NCBI GenBank assembly: GCA_026770705.1
Contig: JANJGN010000126.1
Location: 1,116,001-1,180,000, forward strand
Direction: 5' to 3'
Origin: Isurus oxyrinchus
Taxonomy: Eukaryota
Length of the DNA stretch: 64,000 nt
A program made the position numbers and the translations under genes. Below, one piece after another: positions 47,440 through 61,050 of this stretch (within the stretch, counting starts at the first letter, position 1; every line of letters begins with the position of its first letter). The notes under the pieces are model-generated. The model did not search any database, was not told the origin of the DNA, and saw nothing but the letters and a program-made list of their open reading frames with translations.

Positions 47440-50180
47440 GTAACAGGAAAGTGCTGTGTAAGCAGGCTAAGTTCTTGTTTTCTTGCAGCCTAGACAGGGT
47501 AAATTCACTCTGTTGTGAGAGCTGAGTAGTTAATTCGCTAACTGGTAGAATCTGGATATTCTAGCCCCTGTTCAGTTGGTTATAAATACAGGCCTCTTCA
47601 GAGCAGCTAAGGCAAACGAGTGCATACTTGGAGTTTGGTGAGGAGGGGGAGTTTGGTGAAGTGGAGGGAGGAGATGCTCATTTCCTTTTTTTTAACTTTC
47701 TCACACTGTTGGAATTGGTTCTTGCTCTACTACAGGGAAAGAAGCTAGCTGTTTGGTGAGTAACTGGTGTGTGGTTAAGGCCTATTTTATTCTTAAGGTT
47801 TAAAATAGTATTCAAATTGGAGGTAAAGTTAATATATAAAAAAGCAATATAAATAGGTGATTAATATAATTGAGTAATTATTTAAAACACATTAAGGATG
47901 GTAGGACAGGTGATGTGTCAATCACAGAATCACAGAATTATTACAGCACAGAAGCTGCAGATGCCACAAACCATCCTCAAGGCCGAAAAATATCCATTGG
48001 CCATTGCCCTCTGTTTCCTATTACTCATCCAATTTTGTATCCACGTTGCCACTGTCCCTTTTATTCCATGAGCAATAAGCTTTCTTATAAGTCTGTTGTG
48101 TGGCACTGCATCAAATATCTTTTGAAAGTCCATGTGCACCACATCAACAGCATTAACCTCATCAACCCTCTCTGTTACCTCTACAAAACACTGCAGCAAA
48201 TTAGTTAAACATGATTTCTCCTTTTGAAATCCATGCTGGCTCTGCCTAATCAGCCCATATTTTACCATCTGACCACTAATTCTATCCCATATAATTATCC
48301 CGAGAAGCTTCCCAACCTCTGAAGTTAAACGGATTGGTCTGTAATTGCTGGGCTTATCCTTACAGCCTTTTTTGAACAAGGACCTAACGTTTGCAATTCT
48401 CCATCCGCTGGAACCTCCTCTGAGCCTGGGGAAGACTGAAAAATTATGGCCAATACCCTTGTAATTTCCACTCTTACTTTCTTCAATATCTTTGGTTGCA
48501 TCTCATCCGGTCCCGGTGCCTTAACAACCTTAAATACCGACAGTTTATCCAACACTTCCTCCTCATTAATTTTGAATCCTTTTAGTGACAAGGTTTCCTC
48601 CTCTGTCACCATGGCCTTGGTAGCATCTGCTTCCTTGTTAAAGACAGATGCAAAGTATTCATTTAACACTTCAGCCATGCCTATTGCCTCCCTGTGCAAA
48701 TCCCCTTTTTAGTCCCTGATCAGTCCTATTTTCCTTTGACCATCCTCTTACTATTTTTGTCTCAATAGGAGACCTTGGGATTCCCCATTATGTCGGCTGC
48801 CAGTCTTTTCTCATGATCCCTCTTTGTTTCCCATATTTGTTTTCTCTCCTCGCCCCGAACCTTCTGTATTCAGCTTTGTTCTCAATTGTATTTTCTACCT
48901 GACACCTGTCATAAGCACACGTTTTCTACTTAATCTTGCTTTCCATCTCCTTTATCATCCAGCCAGCTCTGGATTTGATTGCCCTACCTTTCCCTTTGGA
49001 GGAATTATACCTTGACTGTGCCCGAACCATTTTTTCTTTGATGGTAGCCCATTGATCAGCTGTTTTTTCCCATCCACATTTGGTTCTAGTCTATCCAGCC
49101 TTGCTCCGTTCTTGCCCCATTGAAGTCTCCTCTCCCCCAGTTAATTATTCTCACCCTGGATTGCACATTGTCCTTTTCTAACATCATCCTAAACCTTATG
49201 ATATAATGATCACTGTCTCCTAAATGTTCCCCCACTGACAGTTGATCTACTTGGCCCACCTCATTTCCAGGAATCAGGTCCAACAGTGCATCCTTTTCTG
49301 TTGCACTGGACACACACTGCTGTAGAAAATTCTCCTGAACACAATCTAGGAACTCTTGCCCCTCTCCTCCCTTTACACTACCATTGTCCCAGTCTATATT
49401 CGGGTAACTAATGTCCCCCATTATAATTACTCTATGATGTCTGCATCCCTAATTTCTCTGAAGATTTGTACCTCTGCATCCTTCCCAATGGTCTATAGAC
49501 ACCAAAGAATGTAATTGCACCCTTTTTGTTCCTTAGCTCTAACTAAATTGATTCTGTCCTTGAGCCCTCTGGGACATCCTCTTTCTCCAGCATTGCAATG
49601 CTCTCCTTAACCAATACTGCCACCCCTCCTCCTTTTCTATCTTTTGTGAACACCTTGTACCCAGGAATGTCTTGCTCTTCCTTGACCCAGGTCTGTTGTT
49701 GCCACAACATTATATTTCCACATGGCAATCTGCACTTGTAACTCCCCAATCTTATTTACAATATTCCATGCATTCGCAAACATGCACACTAACCCTGATT
49801 TAGTCTTTATGATGTTCTCCCTTACTCCAACTCCAACTATTAACTTATTATTGTTTTCTTGTGCTATCGGTATTCCTCTCTAACGCTCTCTCCTGGTTCC
49901 CACACCCCTGCCAATTTAGTTTAAAGCCCCCCCAATGGCACGAGCAAAACACCCTGCCAGGAACTCAGTCCTGGCTCTGTTCACATGCAGCCTGTCCAAC
50001 TTGTACAGGTGCCATCTTCACCAGAGCCAATCCCAGTGTCCTAGGAATCTAAAGCCCTCCCTCCTGTACCATCTTTCCAGCCACACATTCATCTGTCTTA
50101 TCTTCCTATTTCTGTACTTACTTACTTGTAGTAATCCAGAGATTACTACATTTGAAGTCCAGCTTGTTCATTTTTGACCT
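47440..50180 (-). mobile_element. CR1 LINE, degenerate ORF2 (endonuclease + RT) on minus at 47920-50180; possible inverted 5' part at 47440-47915
   Basis: GDISYPNIDW, LLDLI, LGDSDH, KAPGPDEM, FKKG..NYRPI, MDFQKIFDAVPH. Confidence 0.88.
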
Positions 50181-50189
50181 AATTTTCTA

Positions 50190-50690
50190 CCCTCTATAAA
50201 TTGAGTTCATCCAAAACTGCTGCCCGTGTCTTAACTCACAGCAAGTCCCAATCCTCTATCTCCCATGTACTTGCTGACCCATATTGGCTCCGAATCAAGA
50301 AATGTCTTTATTTTAAAGTTCTCATCCTTGTGTTCAAATCCCTGCATGCCCTCACCCTCCCTATCTCTGTGACCTCCTTGAACCCCACAAGCTTCTGTGA
50401 TATCTGTGCCCCTCTAATTCTGGCTCCTTGTACATTCCCAATCAGAATCCCTCCACCATTGGTGACCGTGGTTTCATTGCCGAGGCCCCAAGCTCTGGAA
50501 TTCCCTCCCTGAACCTCTCTGCCTCTACCTCACTTTCCTCCTTTAAGACTCTTCTTGAAACCTACCTCTTTGACCAAGCTTTTGGCCATCTGATCTAATG
50601 ACTCCTTATGTGGGTCAGTGTCATTTTGTTTACATAATTCTCCTGTGAGATGTTTATGTTGAACCGATGTATGAATGTAAGTTGTTGTTT
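50190..50690 (+). mobile_element. L2 LINE 3' end
   Basis: AARVLT..LADPYWLRIK..FKVLILVFKSLH; GTAAGTTGTTGT tail. Confidence 0.8.
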
Positions 50691-51074
50691 AAGTCGTCCA
50701 TACATAGAAAGAGACAAACCCCTGATATTTTTTTCTCTGTAATATTTTATTTCGAAGCTACACAACTGATGTGAATAAAGTTTGTGATGGTAAAAATATG
50801 TTCACCCCCTCAGGGAACTAAACGGCATTGACACACACACACAGAGGAACACACACAGACATATGCACCGAGAGTGACAGAGGCCTAAGGAGAGACAAAC
50901 ACCCAGAAAACAGGGATGACCCCAACCAGGCCAATTATTGTTCCATTTCAGACTGCAAATTTAATGAATGTTTGGGATGAATGGAAATAAGGAACACAGG
51001 GAATTTGGATGGTTTTTATTCCATTTAACTGATAACTAATTCTGCGATTGGTTATAATCAGGAATGATGCGAAG

Positions 51075-51156
51075 CGGAGTTGACAGGTTTCCAACCTGCG
51101 TGAGGAGAACCCACTGGATTTCAAATCCACCGTCTTAACCACTCGCCCACAACTAC
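51075..51156 (-). pseudogene. tRNA-Ser(TGA) pseudogene
   Basis: GTAGTTGTGGGCGAGTGGTTAAGACGGTGGATTTGAAATCC; flanks shared with 12412 and 32520. Confidence 0.8.
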
Positions 51157-51378
51157 TCAGGAAGGATGATAGAATGGATACAGAGTGTTACAGAGAAAAA
51201 AGGTATTCGGTCCATCCAGTCTGTGCCCTTCCCCCACCCTTTCCTGGTCACCTGTAATTTACTGTCTCTGTCTCTCCTCATTCTCCCAACCAGAATGAAA
51301 CACTGCACAGCTCAGCTGCCCATTGCCCACATGAAGAACTTTCTGGAACAACTGAGCAGAGCAAACCACCCAAAACTT

Positions 51379-51460
51379 TAGCAGTGGTGGGATTCAAACC
51401 CACAGCTCCAAAGGGACAAGATCCTAACTCCAGTACCACACACTGCTCAACCACATGACC
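51379..51460 (-). pseudogene. tRNA-Leu(TAG-like) pseudogene
   Basis: GTGGGTTTGAATCCCACCACTGCTA 3' end; degenerate 5' half. Confidence 0.6.
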
Positions 51461-51949
51461 ACATTCACATCTGGAACATTCAAAATGGCAAATAAAATCA
51501 TGAAAGATGTTTTGTGGTGAACTGTGTTATTTGGTAGAATGAGGGTGAAGTGTGGGATTGAGCTAGAGCCTAAGTCATCCACTTAAAGGACTCGAAGAGG
51601 GAGAATCTTGTCACAAATGTAGTGTGGTGATGTGGTAGATTTTGTAAAAACAAGCTAATATTTCTTTTAAATGGGTGCAAGGAACCTTAAAAATAGCTGC
51701 CAAAGGTCAGCTGACCTTTTACAACTGCAATATTTGCCAAGCTTCTAGGAAGCTTCAAGTAAATTGCAAAAGGACCTACCCAGATATGTGACATCTGAAA
51801 TCCAAGGCGAATTTCCACAAGGGTAAACTCAATGACAGTGGTTTCCCTGAAGGTGTGAATAGCTCTTTCCCATCTCACCAAACCTCCCAGAGTGGGAGTC
51901 ATTCAAGTTCATAAACAGATTATCAGTTTTCTTTAATAACACTTGTTTT

Positions 51950-54900
51950 TTCTTTAAGTCTTTCGGTGACATTGTTACTAAATTTGGAATCCACTGTCCC
52001 TCTTTGCTCTTTCTTTGCAATGTAAACCAATTTAGATTTGTTTCCATTCTTGTTATTTCCAAAGGGTCTGGTCCATATTCAATAAAATGTTTGTTGAAAG
52101 CTTCCTGTTCTTTCTTCCTTCTAATGTCATGATGCGAGTCTAGTTCTTAACCTGTTACTTGTCTCTCCCATGTATCAGATTTTGTGATGTTTATATCATA
52201 TTGCATAGACAACATTGTTGTTCACATGTGATTCTGTGGTTTAAAGGGGTGTTTTCCCTGTGTTGAATTTTTGTCTTATTTTCAGGACTTTTAAGTGCTT
52301 GAATGTTATACAGTTTCTATTTCCACAGTTTGGTGTGCTTTGTGTGCTCACCTTGCTGCTAATGAAAAGATCCTTTAGGTTTTTATTCTGTCTAAAGACT
52401 TATTTTATTGGTTTAATGAGTCGATTTAATCTTGGAAGGTTGTCTAATTTTTTACAATAATTGTTTTTTATATGTTTAAGGAACCTTTCTGCGTATCCCC
52501 TGTGCCACAACGCAGTGAATAAGGTATTGACTACACTGTTAAATCTACCTGTTCTGTACAAATGCCATGGAATCGCATTAGTTGTGAATTCACTAATCCA
52601 TGGAAGGTTTGTTTAGCATGGTGTCTTTTGGTATATAATAGGGTGCACGTGTCTGTTGGTTTGAAGAAAACCTTTGTTGCTAATGTCTTTTGTGTTATCT
52701 TGTGTTAGTTTGAACTCTGATATCTAAGAAATTCATTTTATTTTTGTATTTATTGTTTCAATCTGGTTATGGACCAGTAACTTTTTGTTTAAAGTAGACA
52801 ATGTTTGAAATCTCAAGTACTAGGAGAATAAAATTACAAGCTTCCACGGTTTTAAACAAGCAAATTAAACTTTATTATACAGAGTCAAAAAAGAAAAACA
52901 ATTGGCAATATCTATCTTATACTCTAGCATTCAGAATTAACATGAGAAAAATATGAAGTAACAGGCAGCTGTGATCAAACATAGTGCACTGCACATTAAA
53001 TGACAGACAGTCAAGACAGATCCCACAGATTTCTCAGCAACCCACCCAGATGTCAGTGTTCATTGTGAGTCACACAATCTCGTGAAAACTCCATCTCCCC
53101 CACAAGGGTCTCCACTTTCAAGAATCTAGCCTCTGACATCCCTCATAGCTGCTCTGATTCGGACTGCCTCAATAACTGCACACCTCCCAATGGTTCAATC
53201 TCTTCTCCTGAGCCCGCGCTGCCTGTCCCACTCTGGACACGTGCTGGAACTCCCAGGGAATGCTGGGCCACCTAATCCTCAGTCTGCAGCCAGAAAATAT
53301 CACAGAGAGACAGGTAAGTTCATGTTTCTTAACATTGTTGTGATTTTGATAGTCAGATAGTGATTGTTTGTACAGATTCCTCCAGTTCTGTCACTGTGTG
53401 GGACCAAACTCCTCACGTATCATCTAGAAATCTGTAATAACATAATGGTAGCTTGGAACATTCTTTGAAAACACTCTCTTCCCATTCCCCCACACATTTA
53501 TATATTAGCATGGGGGGAGGGGGGAGTGTGCAAATTTTTTGCCAGTGGCTATATCTTTAATTTGAAGATTGTATTCTCCACCTGAATTCAAAGTTGTTTT
53601 TTGTTAGTCCCAGATATAATAATCAGATTATGGCTTTGCTTGGTCTATGATATTGTGGAATTTATTCAAGATGTACTGAGATGAGGAGAAATTTCTTCAC
53701 TCAGAGAGTGGTGAGCCTGTGGAATTCGCTACCACAGAAAGTAGTTGAGGCCAAAACATTGTATGTTTTCAAGCAGGAGTTAGATATAGCTCTTGGGATG
53801 AAAGGGATCAAAGGATATGGGGAAAAGCAGGAGCAGGCTATTGAGTTGGATGATCAGCCATGATCATAATGAATGGTGGAGCAGGCTCGAAGGGTCGAAT
53901 GGCCTACTCCTGCTCCTAGTTTCTCTGTTTTAGATGGCTAGAATCCCTCTGTTTCTATGTTGCTGCCCAAACTCTCAACGTCCATTGTGAAGAGTAGGCT
54001 GTCGGGAGGGTACAGTGAGGGAGTTTACTGAATGGTAAGTATCCTTAATGTAATTGGGATAATATTGAGCTGGGGTGGGGGTATTCAAAATGAATCAATG
54101 TCTTCTGCCATTCTATAGGATTCTCTATCACAGTCTGTAATAGAAATTTGGAGGATTTCTCATGATACCATACAGGTGTCCAGCTGTTTAAGTATTTTGT
54201 AAAATGTCCTTGGTTGTGGCTGCTGTCCCTTTAGGTATTCCATCTGCTTTCGATTCATGTAGTTGGAATCTTTAAGTTCTGTTAGTCTGTCCTTAACTTC
54301 TTTTTGTCTCTGTTGATACATGGACTGAGTTCACTTGGTGCAGTAATTTGTCTTGTTGAGTTGTCTGTTTGCTTCAATAAGGTTTTGTTGTCTGTCCATA
54401 TCTATGTTACTGCCTTTGTCTGCTGGTTTTATGACAATATCTGTGTTGAATTTTAATTCTCTGATCGCTTGTCTTTCTCTCCTCATGAGGTTTGTTTATC
54501 CTTTACATCTGGGATTCTCTCGATTCCTGAGTTGCTTCGATGAAGTCAGATATTTCAGTGTTCATTTCATTCTCTGGAGAAATCCAATCTGATCTGTACG
54601 ATGAACTTGACCTGTCTGAAATTGAGTCATCAGAAAAGTCGTCTTGTGTGATTTTTCTATGGAATTTCTCTCAGTTTGTTTGGATTTGTGCATTGTATTA
54701 TTTCACACTGCTAAAAAATGTAGCCTCCGTTTCGGAACTTCTCTGGTATTATTGTGTGTTTAAATGATTTGGCAATGTGAAGAATTGTTTGATTCAGATT
54801 AAGACACTCCTTTTCTATGGCTTGGACACTATCTGGTTTAAATATTTCATCCACCCAGTGATTACAGAGTATTGATTGGTTTTGTGCGGTTAAGTTTCCA
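51950..54900 (-). mobile_element. Old Penelope-like element (RT + GIY-YIG), interrupted by younger insertions
   Basis: Manual translation: DIVIKPADKGS (~54410-54445), YPNYIKDTYH (~54030-54062), VVYAI..YMGETSNRLRTRL (~52135-52215). Confidence 0.7.
53676..53958 (+). mobile_element. CR1 LINE 3' end nested in the Penelope remnant
   Basis: MRRNFFTQRVVSLWNSLPQKVVEAKTL; GAATGGCCTACTCCTGCTCCT tail. Confidence 0.88.
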
Positions 54901-55002
54901 GAATCTGTTTCTCTGGCTTGTTCTGGGGTGTCTTGTCATTGTTAAAATCCTCTCTTTCTTGGGTAGGTCTCCAACCAGGTGTTGTGGTTGGTATTGGCAT
55001 TT

Positions 55003-55530
55003 GCATTTCTCTGTCACCCTGTACCCGGAGTCTTGACCCACACAGGACCAGTTTGTTGTTAGTGTTTCTCTGTCACCCTGTACTCAGTTTCTTGACCCAC
55101 ACAGGACCAGTTTGTTGTTAGTGTTTCTCTGTCACCCTGTATCTGGAGTCTTGACCCACACAGGACCAGTTTGTTGTTTGCATTTCTCTGTCACCCTGTA
55201 CCCGGAGTCTTGACCCACACAGGACCAGTTTGTTGTTTGCATTTCTCTGTCACCCTGTACCCGGAGTCTTGACTCACACAGGACCAGTTTATTGTTTGTG
55301 TTTCTCTGTCATTCTGTACCCGGAGTCTTGACCCACACAGGACTAGTTTGTTGTTAGTGTTTCTCTGTCACCCTGTACCCGGAGTCTTGACCCACACAGG
55401 ACCAGTTTGTTGTTAATGTTTATCAGTCACCCTGTACCCGGAGTCTTGACCCACACAGGACCAGTTTATTGTTTGTGTTTCTCTGTCATTCTGTACCCGG
55501 AGTCCTGACCCACACAGACCAGTTTGTTGT
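55003..55530. repeat. Minisatellite, 9 copies of ~59-60 bp
   Basis: TTTCTCTGTCACCCTGTACCCGGAGTCTTGACCCACACAGGACCAGTTTGTTGTTAGTG repeated head to tail. Confidence 0.95.
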
Positions 55531-55829
55531 TGGTGTTGGGGTCTTCATGGCCTCGCACGGCTTATTTTTGCTTTTCCAGGGATCAAAACCATGAGACACG
55601 AACTCTTCGCCAGTTCCATTGTAGTCTGTGAGAGGGGAAACTCACCAGTCCCTTGTTGGGGGTTTGCTGTTTGGGATCAATCACTGTTGGGTGACGTGTT
55701 ATGTCCAATGACCTCATGGATCCCATTGAGACACCCGGGGTGGTGCCATCAGAACCTTGTCCTTGTGGCTGGGGTGGATTTCCTGCAAGATGAGGGACTC
55801 CATTGGTTTGGACAAAGCTCACCGCTGGT

Positions 55830-55945
55830 CCGAAATGCATTTTCCACATTACACAGGGACTACACTTCAAAAAGACTTCACTACCTGTAAAGCACTTTGG
55901 AACATCCTGAAGCTGTGAAAGGTGCTATATAAATGCACATCTTCC
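55830..55945 (+). mobile_element. DeuSINE-type 3' tail
   Basis: ACATTACA..GACTACACTTCAAAAG..GTAAAGCACTTTGG..GAAAGGTGCTATATAAATGCA. Confidence 0.65.
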
Positions 55946-56212
55946 ATTTACAAAGGAGAGAAGGACCAAGGCCAGAAAAGTCATTAACAGAACATCAATC
56001 AGTCTCCTCTGTTCTTAGAGAAATCATGGACTCGAGCACTGTGTATTTGACACTAAGCTGATTTATTTAACCTTTATCCAAAATATTAAACTCCAGCCCA
56101 GTTGCTGGGATTATTAACATCAGCAAAAACAAACCCTAACTGTCAGAATGAACATGGTTCAGTCCTGGATGTGATTAACAGCAGCAATAACAACAGAATC
56201 CAACCCCTGCAG

Positions 56213-57335
56213 TCACTTGTGAATACGCTGGTGTGTCTGCAGGGTGGATGAAAGACTGAATCCCTTCCCACACACGGAGCAGATGAACAGTCTCTCTCCT
56301 GTGTGAACTCGCTGCTGTTTCAGCCGGAGGGATGGGTGAATGAATCCCATCCCACACATGGAACACGTGAATGGCCTTTCTCCAATATGAACTCGCTGGT
56401 GTGTCCACAGATCCACTTTGCTTTTATAGTTTTTCACACAGTCAGAACATCTAAAAGGTCTCTTTTCAGAGTGAACACGCTGATGTGAAGTGAGCTGGGT
56501 TAGGTGAGTGAATCCCTTCCCACACTTGCAGCAGGTGAATGGTTTCTCCCCAGTGTGAATCCTCTGGTGTATCAATAGAAGCTTTCTGCTTTTAAAGCAA
56601 TTTTCACAGTCAGAACATTTAAAAGGTCTCATGTCAGAGTGAACAAGTTGATGTGAAGTGAGGGTACTTAACTGAGTGAATCCCTTCCCACAGTCAAAGC
56701 AGGTGAAAGGCCTCTCCCCAGTTTGAACTCGCTGGTGTATTAGCAGATTCTTTTTGCTTTTAAAGCTCTTCTCACAGTCACAACATTTAAAAGGCCTCAT
56801 GTCTGAATGAACAAATTGGTGTGAAGTGAGGTTAGTTAGTCGAGCAAATCCCTTCCCACAATCGCAACAGGTAAACGGTTTCTCCCCAGTGTGAATGTGT
56901 CCATGAGTTTCCAGCTCAGAGGGGGATCTGAATCTCTTCCCAGAATCCCCGCAGTTCCACAGTTTCTCCTTGGTGTCGATGTTCCTGTGCCTCTCCAGGT
57001 TGGATAATCAGTTGAATTCTTGTCCACACACAGTACACTTGCACAGTTTCTCCCTGCTGTGCATGGTGAAATCTTTGTTTCAGGTGGTGTAATAGGTTAA
57101 AGCTCCTTCTACCGTCAGTTCACTGGAACACAATCACTGTATGTGTGTGTCTCGGTGCTTTTCCAGTCACACTGATGTTTCAAATCTTTACCCACAGACA
57201 GAACAGACAAAGATACCTCCTTTCACAGTCAATGTCCAATGATATTTAGGTCTTGATGAATTGAGTAACGGGGTCAGATCTTGATGTGATGTTTGGTTCG
57301 AGTTACCCATCTGCAAATCATCTCCCTCTTCTCCC
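56213..57335 (-). pseudogene. C2H2 zinc-finger gene with premature stops; residual 195-aa ORF (7 fingers, 2 lacking a His)
   Basis: Acceptor TTTTACAG| at 57335; in-frame TGA at 57008-57010 and stop at 57188; fingers continue in frame to 56213. Confidence 0.8.
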
Positions 57336-57970
57336 CTGTAAAAGGAGTTTACAAAAACCATCACTGTAAGTACAGGATAGAAATTCAAAACACACAATTC
57401 AAGTTTCTTTGGGACATTCTTTCCCCAAACATGTGGTCCAATCAAACTAAAAGAAGCTCAAATCAGCAACAAAGTCTCAATAAAAGCAAAGGGAACCTTC
57501 CGAACTAAAGCAGAATGTTTTTTCCAGTGTCTATGAGACACTCTGTACCCTGAGGTGCCCACTGGTGTGGGAGGTATCAAGTGGATGGACACCGCATGTT
57601 CCCTCTCCAGGGACACCCGGGCACGGACAAGACCACGGAAGAGACATCGGCAGCCAGTGTGACCACCCCCATGTGTGTCACCCATCCTGGATCTGCAAAT
57701 TCATGTTTTGACCTGGCCCATGAACAGTTTCAGGAGAAGATTCTCTGACTTACCCACTCCCCCTCCACACTGGTCAGACAAAGATTCAAAGAATGGGACA
57801 GCAGTGTCACCAAAGGTTGAGGATCATCCCCTTCAGGTATATACAGGGGCTGCAACTTCTCACTCTGAATATCTACAAGGCCCGTGAACTCCTCTCCGCT
57901 TCAAACATCACCTGCAGCCTGAAAGTGGGTAAAGCTGCTGAAAAACCTGTTGCCCAGACTTTGCACTTAC

Positions 57971-58400
57971 CGGGCACTTGGACCCGGTTGGGAACAGACA
58001 CGCTGAAACCCCGCCCACTGTGGCGTCATCAAGCCATGCGCCCTGCTCCCCTCTGAAACAAGATGGCGGCCGTTAATCTGGGTCTAGTCTCGGTTAAAAG
58101 CCCCGGAGCTGCAAACCCAGGACCTGCAGGTCTGTGTTCGTGGTTTGAGGCCTTGACCAGGTGTTTAAAAACCTTCCCGACCAGCTGCCCGGCTCCATTG
58201 CTCCCGTCGCGTATCCACATCCTCGCCGGCTGCAGAGGAGCTTCTCTCCCCGTCGCCATCACTGACACTGCGCATGTTCCAAACGCTGTCCGGCACTGCG
58301 CCTGAGCACTGCTCGCTAGCGGTCTGGATAGGGCACATTCAGCATCGCGGGGAATGCTGGGAAAAGGGATCGCCATTGCCTGCCCAATGAGAAATGGCCA
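57971..58400 (-). promoter_or_regulatory. CpG-rich promoter / non-coding exon 1 of the minus-strand ZNF gene
   Basis: CATGCGCAGTG NRF1-like, AAGATGGCGGC YY1 motif, strong donor CCG|GTAAGT at 57970; homology to 45045-45200. Confidence 0.7.
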
Positions 58401-58761
58401 TTTTGTGCTGCGATGTGGAGATTGGGGCAGTAAATTAAAATTTGGGGCACTCAATAAAATTAGCAATCAAATTATACAGTAACCTGAATGTATAGACCAC
58501 CTATGCACCCAAAAGAAGGGAAGTGGGAATTGTCCATTTAAGTGCCATTGATACTTAATGAGGAGGACATTATTCTCTGTGTCTTTAATGAACATTGACA
58601 TGTAAAGGGAGAAATGAATGACCTTTAAACACCTCGTCCACTTGGCACAGAACTGTCTGAAACTCATTAGAAACCACTTGAAACAAAATAATGACAAATA
58701 TTAAACTATACAAAATAATTAAAATATATATTTATATGGCGGGGGGGTGGGGTGGGGGGGG

Positions 58762-59140
58762 GTGGTGCAGTGGCATCGTGCCGATTTCACTAAACCAGTA
58801 ATCCAGAAGGCCAGCTAATACTCTAGGGACTTGGGTTCAAGTCTCACCACAGCAGCTGGTTCAATTTAAATTCAGTTAATAAATCTGGAATTTAAAGCTA
58901 GCCTCAGTAATGGTGACAATGAAACCATTGTCAGTTATCATTAAAAAAACATCTGGTTCACTCATGCCTTTTAGGGAAAGAAATCTGCCATCCTAACATG
59001 GTCTGGACTACATATGACTCCAGATCCCTCGAAATGTGTTTGACTCTGAATGGCCCTCTGAAGTGGTGTGGCAAGCCAATTGCTTCAAAGGCAGTTGGGG
59101 ATGGGCAGTAAATGCTGGCCTTGCCCAAATACTATGAAAG
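58762..59140 (+). mobile_element. tRNA-derived SINE with CR1-group LINE tail
   Basis: TGGTGCAGTGG A-box-like, GGTTCAAGTC B box, 3' GGGATGGGCAGTAAATGCTGGCC matching the LINE tail at ~895-920. Confidence 0.75.
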
Positions 59141-60259
59141 AAAATTTTTAACACCCCCGCCACTGAATGGCTACAATTTCAGAAGGAAGTGAAGACAGAA
59201 GGTCCAGAAAATATACAAGACAACCGTTCCCCTTCCAAGGAAATCAATCCCAACTTCACCTAACCTAATTGAAGTTCCTCATCTCTCGTGAATCTTCTCT
59301 GCACACTCTCTAATGCCTCACATTCTTCCTGTGGTGAGGTGCTCAGAATTCTCCTGGTGACACAAACGACTCACCTTGGACTGTCCCACACCTGGGCCAG
59401 GCGGGGTCAAAGTGCAGGAAGCTGCAAGCTGACAGGTTGTGCTGTGAACTGGGCGGAGTTGGGGATTTGAGTGACTGGCCTGGGGCTATATCAGAGCAGG
59501 AATACAGTCTATCTCCATCAGCAGAGAACCAACCCTCCATTTCTCTTTTGAATTTAATTTTCCTTTTCTTCATGTAGTCTGCAAGTCCGTTTAAGTTTTC
59601 CTGTAATTTGCTGCAGTTCTTCACCTCCTTACCTCTCACTGCGCCATTGTTGCCACCTGCAGATTGCGACAACCGACCTTCCATAAGAAAATAAACAACT
59701 TTTAGATAGAGCGGTTTCTGGGCCCATAGCATTGTGGGAAGCCATTACTCATCGGCTGCTGCTGAGCGTTTTCGTGCAGTCTGAAGGCAGATCAGTGACC
59801 TGAGCCCCTAGCTCTGTTTCTTAATCGGCTTATGCTGCCTGACAAGCTGAATATTTGAAGTCTTTTATATTTTCATTTCAGATCCAACATTGTAGAGTTT
59901 TGCTTTCGTTTCATTGTATTATAGGACTGAGTTTAGAAACACAAGCAGACCAATTCGGATAAAAGCAAAATATTGGGGATGCTGGAAGTCTGAAATCAAA
60001 ACAGAAAATGCTGGAAAAAAAAACTCACCTGGTCTGACAGCAGCTGTGGAGAGAGAAACAATTGAAGTTTTTTGTTAACTCCATTCTTGGGATTTGGGCG
60101 TCACTAACAAGACCAGCAGATATTGTCAATCCCCAGTTGTTTGTTGGTCAGGTGTTGGTGGGCCTTCTTCCTGAACCACTGCAGTCACTGTGGTGAAGGT
60201 GCTCTCACAATGCTGTTTGCTAAGGAGTTACAGGATTTCCACTTAGCGATGATATATGT

Positions 60260-61050
60260 CCAAATCTTCCAATGTATTTCACAGGAATATTATGTTGCAA
60301 TATTTATCACTAAGGTACATAAGCAGACATCAGGGCAGATGATCAGAGGCTTGGTCAAGGAAGTAGGTTATAAGGAGAGTCTTAAAGGATGAGAGGGAGG
60401 CAGAGAGGTCTAAGGAGGACATTCCAGAGCTTATGGCCTGGGCAGCTGAAGGTTTGGTCACCAATGGTGGATCAATTAAAATCAGGGATCCTCAGAAGGC
60501 CTGAATTAAATGACTCCAGATATCTGGGAGGGATGTAGATTGGAGGATATTATACAGAAAGTGAGGGTGAGGTCACCGAAGGATTTGAGAACAAGGATGA
60601 GAATTTGAATATTGCGGTGCTGCCTAATGTGAAGCCGATGTAGCTCAGTGAGCACAGGGGTGTTAAATGAACGAGTCTTAGTGCGAGTCAGGACAAGGGA
60701 AGCAGAGTTTTAAATGACCCCATCTTTATGTAGGTAGCTAGTAATAGTCCAGTTTAGCGGGAACAAATGAAAAGATGAGTTTCAGCAGCAGATGAGCTGA
60801 GGCAGGTGTGAAGTTTGGCAAAGTTACTGAGGTGGAAATAGGCGGTCTTGGTGATATGTAGTTAGAGGCTCAGCTTGAGGTGAAATATGACACCAAGATT
60901 GTGAATATTCTGGTTCAGCCTCAAAGTTGTCAGTGAGATGGATGGCATTGATGGTTAGGGAGTGGAGATTGTATCTGAGACCGAAGACAATGGCTTCAGT
61001 CTTCCCAATATTTAAAGGGAGGAAATTTCTGTTCATCCAGTACCAGATGT
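60260..61050 (-). mobile_element. L2 LINE fragment (paralogous to 45310-45885)
   Basis: MNRNFLPLNIGKTEAIVFG. Confidence 0.8.

Noticed and set aside
52790-53330. Possible LTR-like insertion within the Penelope remnant
   Set aside because: Termini and TSD could not be defined, so it is left unclassified
55003-55530. CRISPR-like periodic array
   Set aside because: Units are head to tail with no unique spacers, there are no cas genes, and the context is vertebrate
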